Shown here: positions 36,351 through 46,393 of the stretch, one piece after another
Layout: every line of letters begins with the position of its first letter
How positions within the stretch are numbered: position 1 is the stretch's first letter
Assembly (NCBI GenBank): GCA_045602545.1
Contig: JAZSBR010000017.1
Span: 2,675-66,674 of the forward strand
DNA length: 64,000 nt
Direction of reading: 5' to 3'
DNA from: Alphaproteobacteria bacterium
GTDB lineage: Bacteria > Pseudomonadota > Alphaproteobacteria > RF32 > CAG-239
The notes under the pieces: model-generated
Database searches by the model: none
What the model saw: only the letters and a program-made list of their open reading frames with translations
Told to the model about the DNA's origin: nothing
Translations under genes and position numbers: made by a program

Positions 36351-38759
36351 ATGAGTGATAATACCTTGAAAATCGAAGTAATTCCTAATGGTTTCTTATA
36401 TTTTGAGCCAATGGGTTCTGTTAGCGATGGAATGCAATTTATTGCAACGGCAAAAAGAAATTCTTCTCAAGATGCTAAAGTTGCAGATTGGTTTGAAGGA
36501 ACAAAAAAACAAGGACAATCACGTGATTTTAAATCAGTAATGCATACAGCATTAGCGGCATGTGATGCGGTCAACGGCGGGAAGGATAAATGGAAGGTAT
36601 TCAGAGCTATTGAAAATTATCAAAAATCACATAATTTGACGATTACTGTTCAACCTAAAGGTCAAAATAAGGGCAATACAGGTAATAATCAAAACAGCGG
36701 AAGACGTGATAGTCTTGTGGCTTTAAGCAAATTACCTCAAGGTGAGATTGTTGGAAAATTCCAAACAAAATTTGGTATCCAAAAAAGTGATTGGGAACAA
36801 AAAGTTACTCCTGTTGGTGGATCTTCAATAATTTCAGTAATATTGAAATATAAAGGTAAACAATATTCTGGAAAAGGAAGTGATAAACGTGCAGCACAGC
36901 AATCTGCTATTCTTGATTTTTTAGAAAAAGAATATGGTATTACAACAAAATCTGAAAGAGAAGCACAAAAAGCTGAAGCTGAAAGACGTGCGGCACAAGA
37001 AAGACAAGAGGAATTACTAGATGAGACAAAATATTTAAGAGTTTTAAGCGAGCGTTCAGATGTCGAAGTAAAACCTACATCTTGGATTAACCCACAAAGA
37101 CCAGCCAAAGGCTCTCGTATTCCGGCAAATAGTTTTCTTATTGATACACCTTATGGTAAACAAAAATTAACAGATAGTGATATTTCATTAACGATGATTA
37201 AAGGCGTAAAAGTTTCTGAAGAAGAACGTGAAGCATATAATCAAAGAATAGAAGATGATAAAAAATCATTAATAGATGAGATTGAACAAAGAATTGCACA
37301 TGAAAAAGAAATTGAGCGATTAGAAATTGAAATGAAAGAAAAGGAGTCACGAGAAAAGTTAGCTAGAGAAGAAAGGAGACAAGAAAATGGAGGTTTGAAT
37401 GCTAAATTAGAAAATGCTGTTAAATCTGATAATTTGGAAGAGGTCAAATCTTTGATTAAAGAAGGAGCTCAAATTTCAAATGCATGGGATAAAAAAGAAG
37501 ATTTTGAAAATACATTATTAATAGCTTTAGATGCTGTACCTATTAATCAAGATATGGTAAATTATTTGATAGATCATGGTGCTAAAACAGAATTTGAAAC
37601 CTATGATTACGATGGGGAATTATCATCTACACAATCGTTGCTTTGTTCACGTATAGAAGATTTAGATGTAGATGCTGTTAGAGCCTTGGTTGTAGGTGGT
37701 GCTGATATTTGGTTTGAGTCACAAGGATATAGTGGAGGTACTAGTATTGATAATGCAATTGCAGAAATTGAAGAGCGTTATGACGATGAATATTACTATG
37801 GATATAAAGAAACCCAAGAAATCATGCAAATAATAAAAGATGCACGGGAAGGAAATCTTGAAATTCATAAAAAAGAAAATGTTGCTGAAACAGACGCCAA
37901 AGACAATGCAATTATAGAAAATAGTGTGTCGGTGATGACTGATGCTTCTAACGAGCAACAAGTTCAGAAATCATCAACAATTGAATTCGTCGGAGCGATG
38001 GACAATCCACACTTTATGGAGCGGCATTTCAATAAGGAATCTTTAACAATAGGCTCAAAACCATTACCATTAGCACCGGAAGAAAAAATGGTAGCTGCTA
38101 TGACAGAACTTGACGCACATGCCCAAGAAATCATGCGCACACAAGAAGAGCCAAATAAAATTTATTTAGCGATGGAATTTGATCAGCATATGTCCACCAA
38201 TCCTATTGCACCGAAGGATTGCGTTGAACAAGGTAAAATATTCTCGGTTATTCGTGATGCTGGAACACCATATGAAAAAGAAGTTCAAATTGCATTGATT
38301 TCGAAAGAAGACATGCCTAAAACCAATGTGGTTCATGCAATTTACGGACCATATGATGAAAAACAGTTTGGTAATTATACAGCATTTTTCGGGGCTATGA
38401 GCGAAGCATTTCCTCGCGAATTACCGGAAAATGCAACGCCGGAGCAAATTGCTCAGAACGAGAAGAATAAAGAGTATTGGGATAAACATATTTTCTTGGC
38501 TACACCGGAAGAAGTCGGCAAGATTGTTAAAGATTTGCAACAAGCAGCTCAAAATCCTGAACTAAGTGCAGAAAAGAAGCAACAATTCACAACGGTAGCT
38601 TCTGCAGCAAATATGCGTATTAATCTTTTTAAGAATATGGGGAAAAAATCACCACTAACGGCTGCTACATATCAAGCAAATATCGAGCCATATGAGATAA
38701 AAGTACCTCAGCCGAAAGGTAATGGTAATACTAGAGGCGGAAAAGGTATAGGTGAATAA
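36351..38759 (+). CDS. large multidomain protein: dsRBD-like segment, E/K coiled coil, ankyrin repeats, unknown C-terminal domain
   Basis: ATG 36351 follows AAGGA (the track's TTG 36330 is less likely). ..ILKYKGKQYSGKGSDKRAAQQSAILDFLEKE resembles the dsRBD C-terminal signature. ANK-like LENAVKSDNLEEVKSLIKEGAQ.., MVNYLIDHGAKT.., VRALVVGGADI. Confidence 0.7.
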   Translation: MSDNTLKIEVIPNGFLYFEPMGSVSDGMQFIATAKRNSSQDAKVADWFEGTKKQGQSRDFKSVMHTALAACDAVNGGKDKWKVFRAIENYQKSHNLTITVQPKGQNKGNTGNNQNSGRRDSLVALSKLPQGEIVGKFQTKFGIQKSDWEQKVTPVGGSSIISVILKYKGKQYSGKGSDKRAAQQSAILDFLEKEYGITTKSEREAQKAEAERRAAQERQEELLDETKYLRVLSERSDVEVKPTSWINPQRPAKGSRIPANSFLIDTPYGKQKLTDSDISLTMIKGVKVSEEEREAYNQRIEDDKKSLIDEIEQRIAHEKEIERLEIEMKEKESREKLAREERRQENGGLNAKLENAVKSDNLEEVKSLIKEGAQISNAWDKKEDFENTLLIALDAVPINQDMVNYLIDHGAKTEFETYDYDGELSSTQSLLCSRIEDLDVDAVRALVVGGADIWFESQGYSGGTSIDNAIAEIEERYDDEYYYGYKETQEIMQIIKDAREGNLEIHKKENVAETDAKDNAIIENSVSVMTDASNEQQVQKSSTIEFVGAMDNPHFMERHFNKESLTIGSKPLPLAPEEKMVAAMTELDAHAQEIMRTQEEPNKIYLAMEFDQHMSTNPIAPKDCVEQGKIFSVIRDAGTPYEKEVQIALISKEDMPKTNVVHAIYGPYDEKQFGNYTAFFGAMSEAFPRELPENATPEQIAQNEKNKEYWDKHIFLATPEEVGKIVKDLQQAAQNPELSAEKKQQFTTVASAANMRINLFKNMGKKSPLTAATYQANIEPYEIKVPQPKGNGNTRGGKGIGE

Positions 38760-38780
38760 TTTATAATTAGGAGAAAAGAA

Positions 38781-40130
38781 ATGAGTAATGAAGATATTTT
38801 AGCAAAAGTCCGTCATAAAGTGGCTGGTGACAGGTTATTGGTTGTTGCTGATAACTTTGATGCAGAGCATCCGCTTGATACTGTTGTTAAGACAACTTCC
38901 GGCAAAACAGCTTATGGATATATTCCAGAAGAAATTGCTGATAAAACAGGCGGAAAACCGGCTCCGGTTATTGTTACCGAAGAGTTGTTCGACCATTTAG
39001 ATGTTAAAGGTACGCGTATTCAAACCGTTGCTCAGCGTGGTTTTGATGATATACGTGATGCTGTGGAATATGCTTTGCAAAAACCTGAGGCTGTGGCTTT
39101 AGGCGGTGGTGATGGTTCTTTTAATATCTTCTTTAAAAAAGAAGGTTTTGAAAAAGGTTTAATGTATGCAAATTTGATGTATTCAAACGAGCCGACACCG
39201 GCTTATATTGTTCGCTCAATTTCTCCAACAGGTAAGGTTAAAGGTGATTTATTATTTGAAGGTGATTCTGTCCCGTCAATGTCTATTCCGTCAGGGTTTA
39301 ATGACAAAGAGTTTGAAGAAAAAATTAAATCGTCATCAGGGGATCGTGTTTCCGGTAAAACTTGGAATAAAGGCAATGTAATGAAAGCTTTGCGTATGCA
39401 TGCGCAAGAAGGAAAATACCCGACAACAGAAGAATTTGCCGAAATTAAGCAATGGGTGGCTGATGGTAAAACTGACCATTTGACATCAGGCAGTGTGGGA
39501 ATGTATATTAAACAAGCATTAGAGCAGAAAAACAGTGCAATGTTCTTTAAAGCCGGTCAAGAGGCAGATGTCTGGGGAAAAGTTTCTCCAGCTATTAAGT
39601 ATGTTACAAGTCAACAATTTTTAGAAACAATGGAACGTGCTGATAATGCTTCTGTTGACATTAAATCAGCAATTATATTAGCAGGAATGGCTGTTGCGGC
39701 ACCGGAAGATAAACGTGCAGAAGAAGTTAAAAAATGCAGTGTTACCTTCAATTTAGGCGGAAAAGATTTAGCTACGGCACTGGTACAAAGTGAAAAAGGT
39801 TTATTGGAATTTGATTTGAGCAATGCCGAAAAAGCCTATAAGACAGTGGAAAGCATCATGGGTAGTAAGTTTGAAAATGAACAAATGTTGTCTGACGTGT
39901 TGAAAGTATGTAAGCTTAAACATCCGGATTTTGAAGTTGGTCAAGTTGGAAAATATTGTCATCTTGTTGCAGATGCCGTCAAGACAGCTCGATCAGGTGT
40001 TGATATAAAATCTATGTCTCCGGAAGAAAAGAAGGCATATTTCAGCAACAAAGCAGCGTTTGATATTGCTGCGGTTAAATCAGCCTTTACTGCAGAAATG
40101 ACCAAAGATAATTTTATCGGACCAAGATAG
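38781..40130 (+). CDS. hypothetical protein (449 aa), probably co-transcribed with the preceding gene
   Basis: SD AGGAG lies 6 nt before the ATG, 21 nt after the upstream stop. Same CpG-poor composition as the preceding gene. No family recognised. Confidence 0.65.
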   Translation: MSNEDILAKVRHKVAGDRLLVVADNFDAEHPLDTVVKTTSGKTAYGYIPEEIADKTGGKPAPVIVTEELFDHLDVKGTRIQTVAQRGFDDIRDAVEYALQKPEAVALGGGDGSFNIFFKKEGFEKGLMYANLMYSNEPTPAYIVRSISPTGKVKGDLLFEGDSVPSMSIPSGFNDKEFEEKIKSSSGDRVSGKTWNKGNVMKALRMHAQEGKYPTTEEFAEIKQWVADGKTDHLTSGSVGMYIKQALEQKNSAMFFKAGQEADVWGKVSPAIKYVTSQQFLETMERADNASVDIKSAIILAGMAVAAPEDKRAEEVKKCSVTFNLGGKDLATALVQSEKGLLEFDLSNAEKAYKTVESIMGSKFENEQMLSDVLKVCKLKHPDFEVGQVGKYCHLVADAVKTARSGVDIKSMSPEEKKAYFSNKAAFDIAAVKSAFTAEMTKDNFIGPR

Positions 40131-40157
40131 TTTTACAAATAAGCTTTTTATTTTAAG

Positions 40158-40184
40158 CCGTCACAGAAAATTGTGGCGGTTTTT
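40158..40184 (+). terminator. intrinsic terminator ending the two-gene islet
   Basis: ccgtcaca-gaaaat-tgtggcgg followed by a T5 run. Confidence 0.65.
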
Positions 40185-40278
40185 GCTTTTCAAAGGTGGA
40201 TAAATGGCAAAAAAAACTTTTGATTTTATGCACCGCTTGCTATATTAAACCAGTTTTAAAAAATCTATATATAGAGGT

Positions 40279-43083
40279 GTGATTGTGACAGAAGAAATAG
40301 AAGAAAACGGCGTTCAAAAAACTGATAATATTTCTCCGACCATGATTTCGGAAGAAATGCGTCGTTCGTATTTGGATTATGCCATGAGCGTGATTGTTTC
40401 GCGTGCGTTGCCTGATGCTCGTGACGGTATGAAGCCTGTTCATCGCCGTATTATTTACGGTATGTATGAAAACGGCTATGACAGCACGAAACCATATCGT
40501 AAATCGGCGCGTATTGTCGGCGATGTTATGGGTAAATATCACCCGCACGGCGACAGCTCGATTTATGAGGCAATGGTGCGTATGGCTCAGCCTTTTTCAA
40601 TGCGCTTAACGTTGATTGACGGACAAGGAAACTTCGGCTCAATGGACGGTGACGGTGCCGCCGCTATGCGTTATACCGAAGCACGTTTGGCAAAAGTTTC
40701 AACCTATTTGACTGACAATTTGGATGAAGATACGGTTGATTTTATGCCGAACTATGATGAATCGCTTCAAGAACCGACTGTTTTGCCGGCACGTTTTCCG
40801 AATTTGCTCGTTAACGGCGGTAACGGTATTGCCGTAGGTATGGCCACAAACATTCCTCCGCATAATTTGGGCGAGGTTATTGACGCATGTTGCGCTTATA
40901 TTGATAATCCTGAAATTTCTATTGAAGATTTGATTAAAATCGTTCCGGGACCTGATTTCCCGACCGGAGGTTTGATTTTGGGTTATGGCGGTGCGCGTCA
41001 GGCATATTTGACCGGTCGCGGCTCAGTTATGATGAGGGCAAAATGCTCAATTGAAGAAATCAGAAAAGACAAAGAAGCAATCATTGTGCATGAAGTTCCG
41101 TATCAGGTTAATAAAGCGGCTCTGGTTTCTCATATCGCCGAGCTCGTTAAAGATAAGCGCGTTGAGGGAATTTCGGATATCCGCGATGAATCAGACCGTC
41201 AGGGTGTTAGAATCGTAATTGAAATTAAGCGCGATTTCCAAGCCGATGTTGTCTTAAACCAGCTCTATAAATATACCGCATTGCAAACAAGTTTTGGTAT
41301 GAATATGCTTGCCATCAACGGCGGGCGTCCGATGATGATGAACTTGAAAGACATTATCTCAACCTTCATTGAGTTCCGTGAGGAAGTAATTCGCCGTCGC
41401 ACGATTTTCCGCCTCAACAAGGCTCGTGACAGAGCGCATGTTTTGGTTGGTCTTGCAATTGCCGTTGAAAACTTGGATCCGGTTATTGAACTGATTAAAA
41501 CCGCCCCGACACCTCAGGAAGCTAAAGATCGCTTGATGTCAACCCAATGGAAAGCCGGCACGGTTGAAGATTGGGTGAACTTGATTGATGAGCCTGATCA
41601 TAAGGTTGAAAACGGAATTTATATGCTTTCCGAAGACCAAGCAAAAGCAATTTTGGATTTGAAACTCCAACGCTTGACCGGCTTGGAAAGAGATAAAATT
41701 CATGATGAATTGGTAGGACTTGGCGAATCTATCAAAGAATTTTTATCAATTCTAGCCAGCCGTGAAAAACTTTATGGCATTATGCGCGATGAGCTTGTTG
41801 CCGTTAAAGACGAATACGCCACTCCGCGCCTGACTGCAATTGAGGATATTGAATATAATCAGGATATTGAATCCTTAATTCAGCGTGAAGAAATGGTGGT
41901 TACGGTTACCGAAGCCGGCTATATTAAGCGCGTTCCGCTGAATGCTTATAAGGCGCAAAAACGCGGTGGCAAGGGTAAGTCCGGCATGACCACTAAGGAA
42001 GAAGATTTTGTTACCCGCTTGTTTGTTGCCAGCACACATACGCCGGTTTTGTTCTTCTCAAGTCGCGGTATTGTATATAAGATGAAGGTTTATAAACTTC
42101 CTCTCGGTTCGCCAACCTCAAAAGGCAAGCCGTTCATCAACTTGTTGCCGTTGACCGAGGGTGAAAATATTACCGCTATTATGAAATTGCCGGAAAATGA
42201 GGCAGAGTGCGAGAATATGTCTATTGCATTCGCCACAAAGAGCGGTAACATCCGTCGCAACAGCCTGATGGACTTTGTGAACGTTCAATCAAACGGCAAA
42301 ATTGCGATGAAACTTGATGAAGGCGATAAATTGATTAACGTTGCGCTTTGTGATGAAAGCAACGATATTATGCTTGCCGCCAAGAGCGGAAAGTGCATTC
42401 GTTTCCCTGTGGCTGATTTGCGCGTGTTTGTCGGACGTAATTCAACCGGTGTGCGCGGAATAAAGCTTGGCGGTGATGATGAAGTTATTTCAATGTCTAT
42501 CTTAAAGCACAGCGATGCAACTGCCGAACAACGTGACGAATATTTGCGCGTGTCTTCGGCAATTAAACGCATGGAAGCAGAAAACGGCGGAAATGCCTGC
42601 ATCAGCGCTGATCAAACCGGCTTGTTGAATTTGCTCTCGACGGAAGAATACGCTAAGATGGCTGAGAACGAAGAGTTTATCTTAACCGTTACGGTAACCG
42701 GATACGGCAAGCGCTCGTCTTCTTATGAATATCGTGTCACCGGCCGTGGCGGTATCGGTATTGCCAATATGGAAATGTCTCCGCGCAATAAGGAAGTTAT
42801 CAGCTCGTTCCCGATTGAGGAAGATAACGAAGTGATGATGGTAACTGATGGCGGAAAGCTTATCCGTATGCCGGTTGATGATATCAGAATAGCCGGTCGT
42901 AAGACGCAAGGTGTGATTTTGTTCCGTACGGCGGAAAATGAAAACGTTGTTTCGGTAACAAAACTTGATGCCGATGCGGATTCCGATGATGAGTTGAATG
43001 ATGAGAGCAATGAGGAAATTGATGATTCCGAAAATATTGCTCCGGAAATCAACGAACCGTTGACCGAAGATATTGAAAACTAA
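40279..43083 (+). CDS. gyrA: DNA gyrase subunit A
   Basis: 934 aa. [12 protein letters not shown], active-site [10 protein letters not shown], a C-terminal beta-pinwheel, and an acidic D/E tail. GTG start after AGAGG. Confidence 0.95.
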   Translation: MIVTEEIEENGVQKTDNISPTMISEEMRRSYLDYAMSVIVSRALPDARDGMKPVHRRIIYGMYENGYDSTKPYRKSARIVGDVMGKYHPHGDSSIYEAMVRMAQPFSMRLTLIDGQGNFGSMDGDGAAAMRYTEARLAKVSTYLTDNLDEDTVDFMPNYDESLQEPTVLPARFPNLLVNGGNGIAVGMATNIPPHNLGEVIDACCAYIDNPEISIEDLIKIVPGPDFPTGGLILGYGGARQAYLTGRGSVMMRAKCSIEEIRKDKEAIIVHEVPYQVNKAALVSHIAELVKDKRVEGISDIRDESDRQGVRIVIEIKRDFQADVVLNQLYKYTALQTSFGMNMLAINGGRPMMMNLKDIISTFIEFREEVIRRRTIFRLNKARDRAHVLVGLAIAVENLDPVIELIKTAPTPQEAKDRLMSTQWKAGTVEDWVNLIDEPDHKVENGIYMLSEDQAKAILDLKLQRLTGLERDKIHDELVGLGESIKEFLSILASREKLYGIMRDELVAVKDEYATPRLTAIEDIEYNQDIESLIQREEMVVTVTEAGYIKRVPLNAYKAQKRGGKGKSGMTTKEEDFVTRLFVASTHTPVLFFSSRGIVYKMKVYKLPLGSPTSKGKPFINLLPLTEGENITAIMKLPENEAECENMSIAFATKSGNIRRNSLMDFVNVQSNGKIAMKLDEGDKLINVALCDESNDIMLAAKSGKCIRFPVADLRVFVGRNSTGVRGIKLGGDDEVISMSILKHSDATAEQRDEYLRVSSAIKRMEAENGGNACISADQTGLLNLLSTEEYAKMAENEEFILTVTVTGYGKRSSSYEYRVTGRGGIGIANMEMSPRNKEVISSFPIEEDNEVMMVTDGGKLIRMPVDDIRIAGRKTQGVILFRTAENENVVSVTKLDADADSDDELNDESNEEIDDSENIAPEINEPLTEDIEN

Positions 43084-43102
43084 GATATTTTCAAACTACT
43101 TT

Positions 43103-43139
43103 AGACTCCGCCGTTTGCTCGGCGGAGTCTTTTGCTTTT
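43103..43139 (+). terminator. intrinsic terminator of gyrA
   Basis: agactccgcc-gtttgctc-ggcggagtct followed by ttttgctttt. Confidence 0.75.
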
Positions 43140-43287
43140 GAAAAGGAATTATTTTTTGAAAACTGGCGTTAAGTATTCCACTATTTAAAAAATTTAAAAA
43201 ACTCTTGACAAATTCGTTAAATTATTTTAATACTGACAGTATCAAAGCGATTATTCTTTTAATTATTAATACTAAAAAACATAAAAT

Positions 43288-43872
43288 ATGAAAAAGATTA
43301 CAAGATTCTTCCTGAGGATGATTATCATTCTGATGGTGGTCGTTCCTCTTCTGTTGCTTGGCGGTGGAATTTACCTTTCAACCGGTCCATTCTGGGATGC
43401 TCTGATGCTTGTTGGTATAGCTGGATTGCTAGTGTATGATTTCAAGCAGTACTCGGCTGTTCGCGACGAGCGAACTCCTGTAGAACAGGCCCTCTATAGG
43501 GTTGTTGCTATGGGAACGGTGACGGCATTATTTGCTCTGTGTGCACAGGCTAATTTTTGCCATTTGCATGGGGCAGAGCGTTTGCTGGTAGAAGCTTCTA
43601 TGGGCTGGCTGCTTATCTTGATGGGTATCAATTTTATCAGTGTGTTAACAATTGGTAATAAAAGTGTTGTTTTCACATGGGCAGTTATCTTGGGCATCTG
43701 TTGGATTTCAATAGGTGTCATTGCTATAATGCTTGATTTCTATGAGTACTTCAGCGGTCAGGAAATTCCTCAGCGAGTAGGTAACATACTCGGAATGCTT
43801 GCCATATTTAGCGCAATCGGATTCATTGTACTGATGATTGCTGAAGTTATCCGGGGAAGTTTCCGTCGGTAA
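43288..43872 (+). CDS. small polytopic membrane protein, unknown function
   Basis: Five to six hydrophobic helices. Codon choice is visibly different from its neighbours (CTG, CAG, AGC, GGC-rich). Confidence 0.6.
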   Translation: MKKITRFFLRMIIILMVVVPLLLLGGGIYLSTGPFWDALMLVGIAGLLVYDFKQYSAVRDERTPVEQALYRVVAMGTVTALFALCAQANFCHLHGAERLLVEASMGWLLILMGINFISVLTIGNKSVVFTWAVILGICWISIGVIAIMLDFYEYFSGQEIPQRVGNILGMLAIFSAIGFIVLMIAEVIRGSFRR

Positions 43873-43886
43873 AATCTATTTCAAAT

Positions 43887-43928
43887 ACACCTCTGTTTCT
43901 TAAAATAAGAACAGAGGTGTATTTTTTT
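43887..43928 (+). terminator. intrinsic terminator
   Basis: acacctctgtt..aacagaggtgt stem followed by a T7 run. Confidence 0.7.
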
Positions 43929-43933
43929 GCGAT

Positions 43934-45085
43934 TTATTTTTTGAAAGTAATCGTTACTGAATTATTATTATCATCGGTCAGAACTTCAGCCGCTTCGGCA
44001 GGGGTGTAACGTAAGCGGTCGCATTCACCGTCATTGAGCTTAAAATTTTCGTTTTTGCATTTTGTGCAACCCGAGGCGCCCATTTTTGTGCAACCGTCGG
44101 GATAGGCAAGTAATTTTCCGGATAAAAGATCGTTTAAATGGTCTTTACAATCGCTTATCCAAGACGGATAGCGCTCTTCCAATTTTTTCCCAGCCTTATC
44201 ACAATCAACATTACTGAACAATTCTTCGCATTTTTCGGCTCCGCAATAAACCTTGGCATCTGCCCCTAAAGCTAAGTTACGAAGAAACCAGCCTTCAATT
44301 GAAGTTATGCTCGGTGGAAGTATGAGTGTTCCGTTAAACCCTGTCGAAAGGTTAGCCCAAGGACCATCTCCTAATGTGGTTTGTCCGTCATTAACAATAA
44401 CCGTTCCGGTCACAATAGCTTGGTCAAATGAATTAGAATCTGTCTTATTAACCTTTAGAACCCCATCCTTACCGTGTATATTTGCTCCGAAAATATAAAA
44501 AGCGTGCTGTCCTATTGAGCTAAACTCTCCATCAATTTCAACATCGCTAACAGTTGGGAAATTTCCGCTTTCGTAATATCGAGGTGAAAACATTCCCTTT
44601 GAAACAACGGCATCAGGCTTGGTCGCGGTTACGGTCAACTTGCCATTATTATAGTTATAAGTGCAACCCTCGCCGCAATTATTGGGAACTCCGGGATTCC
44701 ATTCATGGCAGGTATCAATCCAATTTTTTTCGGTCGCCATACATTCTGCCCGTGATTCGGTGATAGTGATGAGGGTTAAAACAATGGCAAGCACCGGAAT
44801 CGTCATTATGAGGAGCATTCTTTGAATGCGACGTGATAATTTCATAAAACAAGTGACGCTTGCAAATAAGTATTCTTTATTTGCATGAGTACCTTGCTCA
44901 GGGAGATAACCACGTCGGACTGAAGTCCTCCTCGTTATGACGCCCTCTATTTCAAGCGCTTCGCCACATTCACTGCCGATTGTCGCCGTCCCGCCGACGA
45001 GGTTTTTATACAAAAACCTCTTGGAATATTTATTGCATTCTTCGCCTGATTTAAGCATTTGAACACTATTAAAATTCTTCCTCAT
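43934..45085 (-). CDS. secreted/anchored LRR-like protein with family C-terminal tag and an 80-aa pre-signal extension
   Basis: The ATG at 45085 sits at the same position after the leader and SD (AAGGAAGTAAAAGATG) as in copy 2. An alternative start at 44845 (MKLSRRIQRMLLIMTIPVLAIV..) gives a classical signal peptide. Ends CDRLRYTPAEAAEVLTDDNNNSVTITFKK. Confidence 0.75.
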   Translation of the reverse strand: MRKNFNSVQMLKSGEECNKYSKRFLYKNLVGGTATIGSECGEALEIEGVITRRTSVRRGYLPEQGTHANKEYLFASVTCFMKLSRRIQRMLLIMTIPVLAIVLTLITITESRAECMATEKNWIDTCHEWNPGVPNNCGEGCTYNYNNGKLTVTATKPDAVVSKGMFSPRYYESGNFPTVSDVEIDGEFSSIGQHAFYIFGANIHGKDGVLKVNKTDSNSFDQAIVTGTVIVNDGQTTLGDGPWANLSTGFNGTLILPPSITSIEGWFLRNLALGADAKVYCGAEKCEELFSNVDCDKAGKKLEERYPSWISDCKDHLNDLLSGKLLAYPDGCTKMGASGCTKCKNENFKLNDGECDRLRYTPAEAAEVLTDDNNNSVTITFKK

Positions 45086-45123
45086 CTTTTACTTCCTTTT
45101 CTAAAAAAAATACCACTCAGCAT

Positions 45124-45354
45124 AAAAGAAAATCGCCTCATAAAGGGCGACTGGAAGTTGCGAACTATTGTACATCAGATAGTGTGATTTATTCGCAAAG
45201 CTAAAGCTTTCTTATTTCATCACCTTCCAGCCATATAAATATGACTGAAAATAAAACTATCCCTATTTATAAGGACAAATGTACAAGAGGTACGCACACC
45301 TCCGAGCCTTTTATGCTCTAGAGGTATGCTAACAGAAAAAATTTAAAAAGTCAA
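45124..45354 (-). promoter_or_regulatory. family promoter + structured leader RNA + terminator, copy 5
   Basis: -35 TTGACT (45349-45354), 17 nt, -10 TAGCAT (45326-45331). RNA 5' end near 45318. Terminator agtcgcc/ggcgatt plus U-run at 45124-45150. Confidence 0.75.
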
Positions 45355-45367
45355 ACGGAAATGAATT

Positions 45368-46393
45368 TTAACGGAATTTTTTAACGGCGCCCGAAATGCG
45401 CAAAATGCAATATTCGGCAACATTTTCTGCCGGTATGGAAGTTGTTTTGCAATCGCGCTCGCAATCATAAAGCATGAAAAGTGCGCTCAAAATCCGCTCT
45501 TTGTTCCATATTCTTAATTGACGCAAAAAGTCATCTTTGCGATAAAACATCAGTTGCGGACGAAGAGTTTTTAATGCTTCTTCGGTTGTTTTGCCTTGCG
45601 TGACAAGGGCTGAAATATTCAACAGCTTCAAAAAGTGATAGCTGATTTGGCGCATAATGCTTGCCGGTTCTGCCCCTTCTTTGATGAATCTTTCAAACAT
45701 GGCGCACGCTTTTAAGGTGTTGCCGTTCGCCACAAAATAGCACAAATCATCATAATCGGCGCCGGCAATATCGCTCACAACCGCGCGAACATCGTCTATT
45801 GAAACATTTTTGTTATCGCCCAAATACAAAGCCAATTTATCAATTTCTGCAACATTCAACTTGTGATCGGGAGAAAGTTTTGACGCCAAAAACTGCACCG
45901 TGTCGGGAGAGGCACGCAGACCGCGCTCACTCAGCATTTGTGCGGCGCTTTGCGCCAAATTGTCATCACGTTCCTCATAGCAGGCGACAACATAAATATC
46001 ATCGCGCTCTTTTGCCCAACTTATCAGAGAAGAGCGAGTGTTTAAGCTTGTTGATGAAATAATCAGCAAATTTTCCGATTTTGTTTCCGGCAACATGCTC
46101 TTGACAATCGGATAAATGTTGTTGTCGGCGTTCTTTATCACAACAACACGGCGTCCGCCCATCAGCGATTGAGCGTGATATTCGCCGTATATTTCACCGC
46201 CGTCAGACGAAATTTGTCCCATTTCAAACGACTGATAACGAAAGGCATCATTTATGTCTTCACAAACCGCCAGCGCGCACTTGTTTTGCCACTCGTTTAT
46301 CAGTCCTTCATTTGTGCCGAATAAAATTATGCATTTTATATCGGTATTCGGATTACGGCAAAACGATGCCAATTGCGCCGGTTTAATATTCAT
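45368..46393 (-). CDS. holA: DNA polymerase III delta subunit
   Basis: 341 aa, clamp-loader delta-like N-terminus. Supported by conserved leuS-lptE-holA synteny. Confidence 0.75.
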   Translation of the reverse strand: MNIKPAQLASFCRNPNTDIKCIILFGTNEGLINEWQNKCALAVCEDINDAFRYQSFEMGQISSDGGEIYGEYHAQSLMGGRRVVVIKNADNNIYPIVKSMLPETKSENLLIISSTSLNTRSSLISWAKERDDIYVVACYEERDDNLAQSAAQMLSERGLRASPDTVQFLASKLSPDHKLNVAEIDKLALYLGDNKNVSIDDVRAVVSDIAGADYDDLCYFVANGNTLKACAMFERFIKEGAEPASIMRQISYHFLKLLNISALVTQGKTTEEALKTLRPQLMFYRKDDFLRQLRIWNKERILSALFMLYDCERDCKTTSIPAENVAEYCILRISGAVKKFR

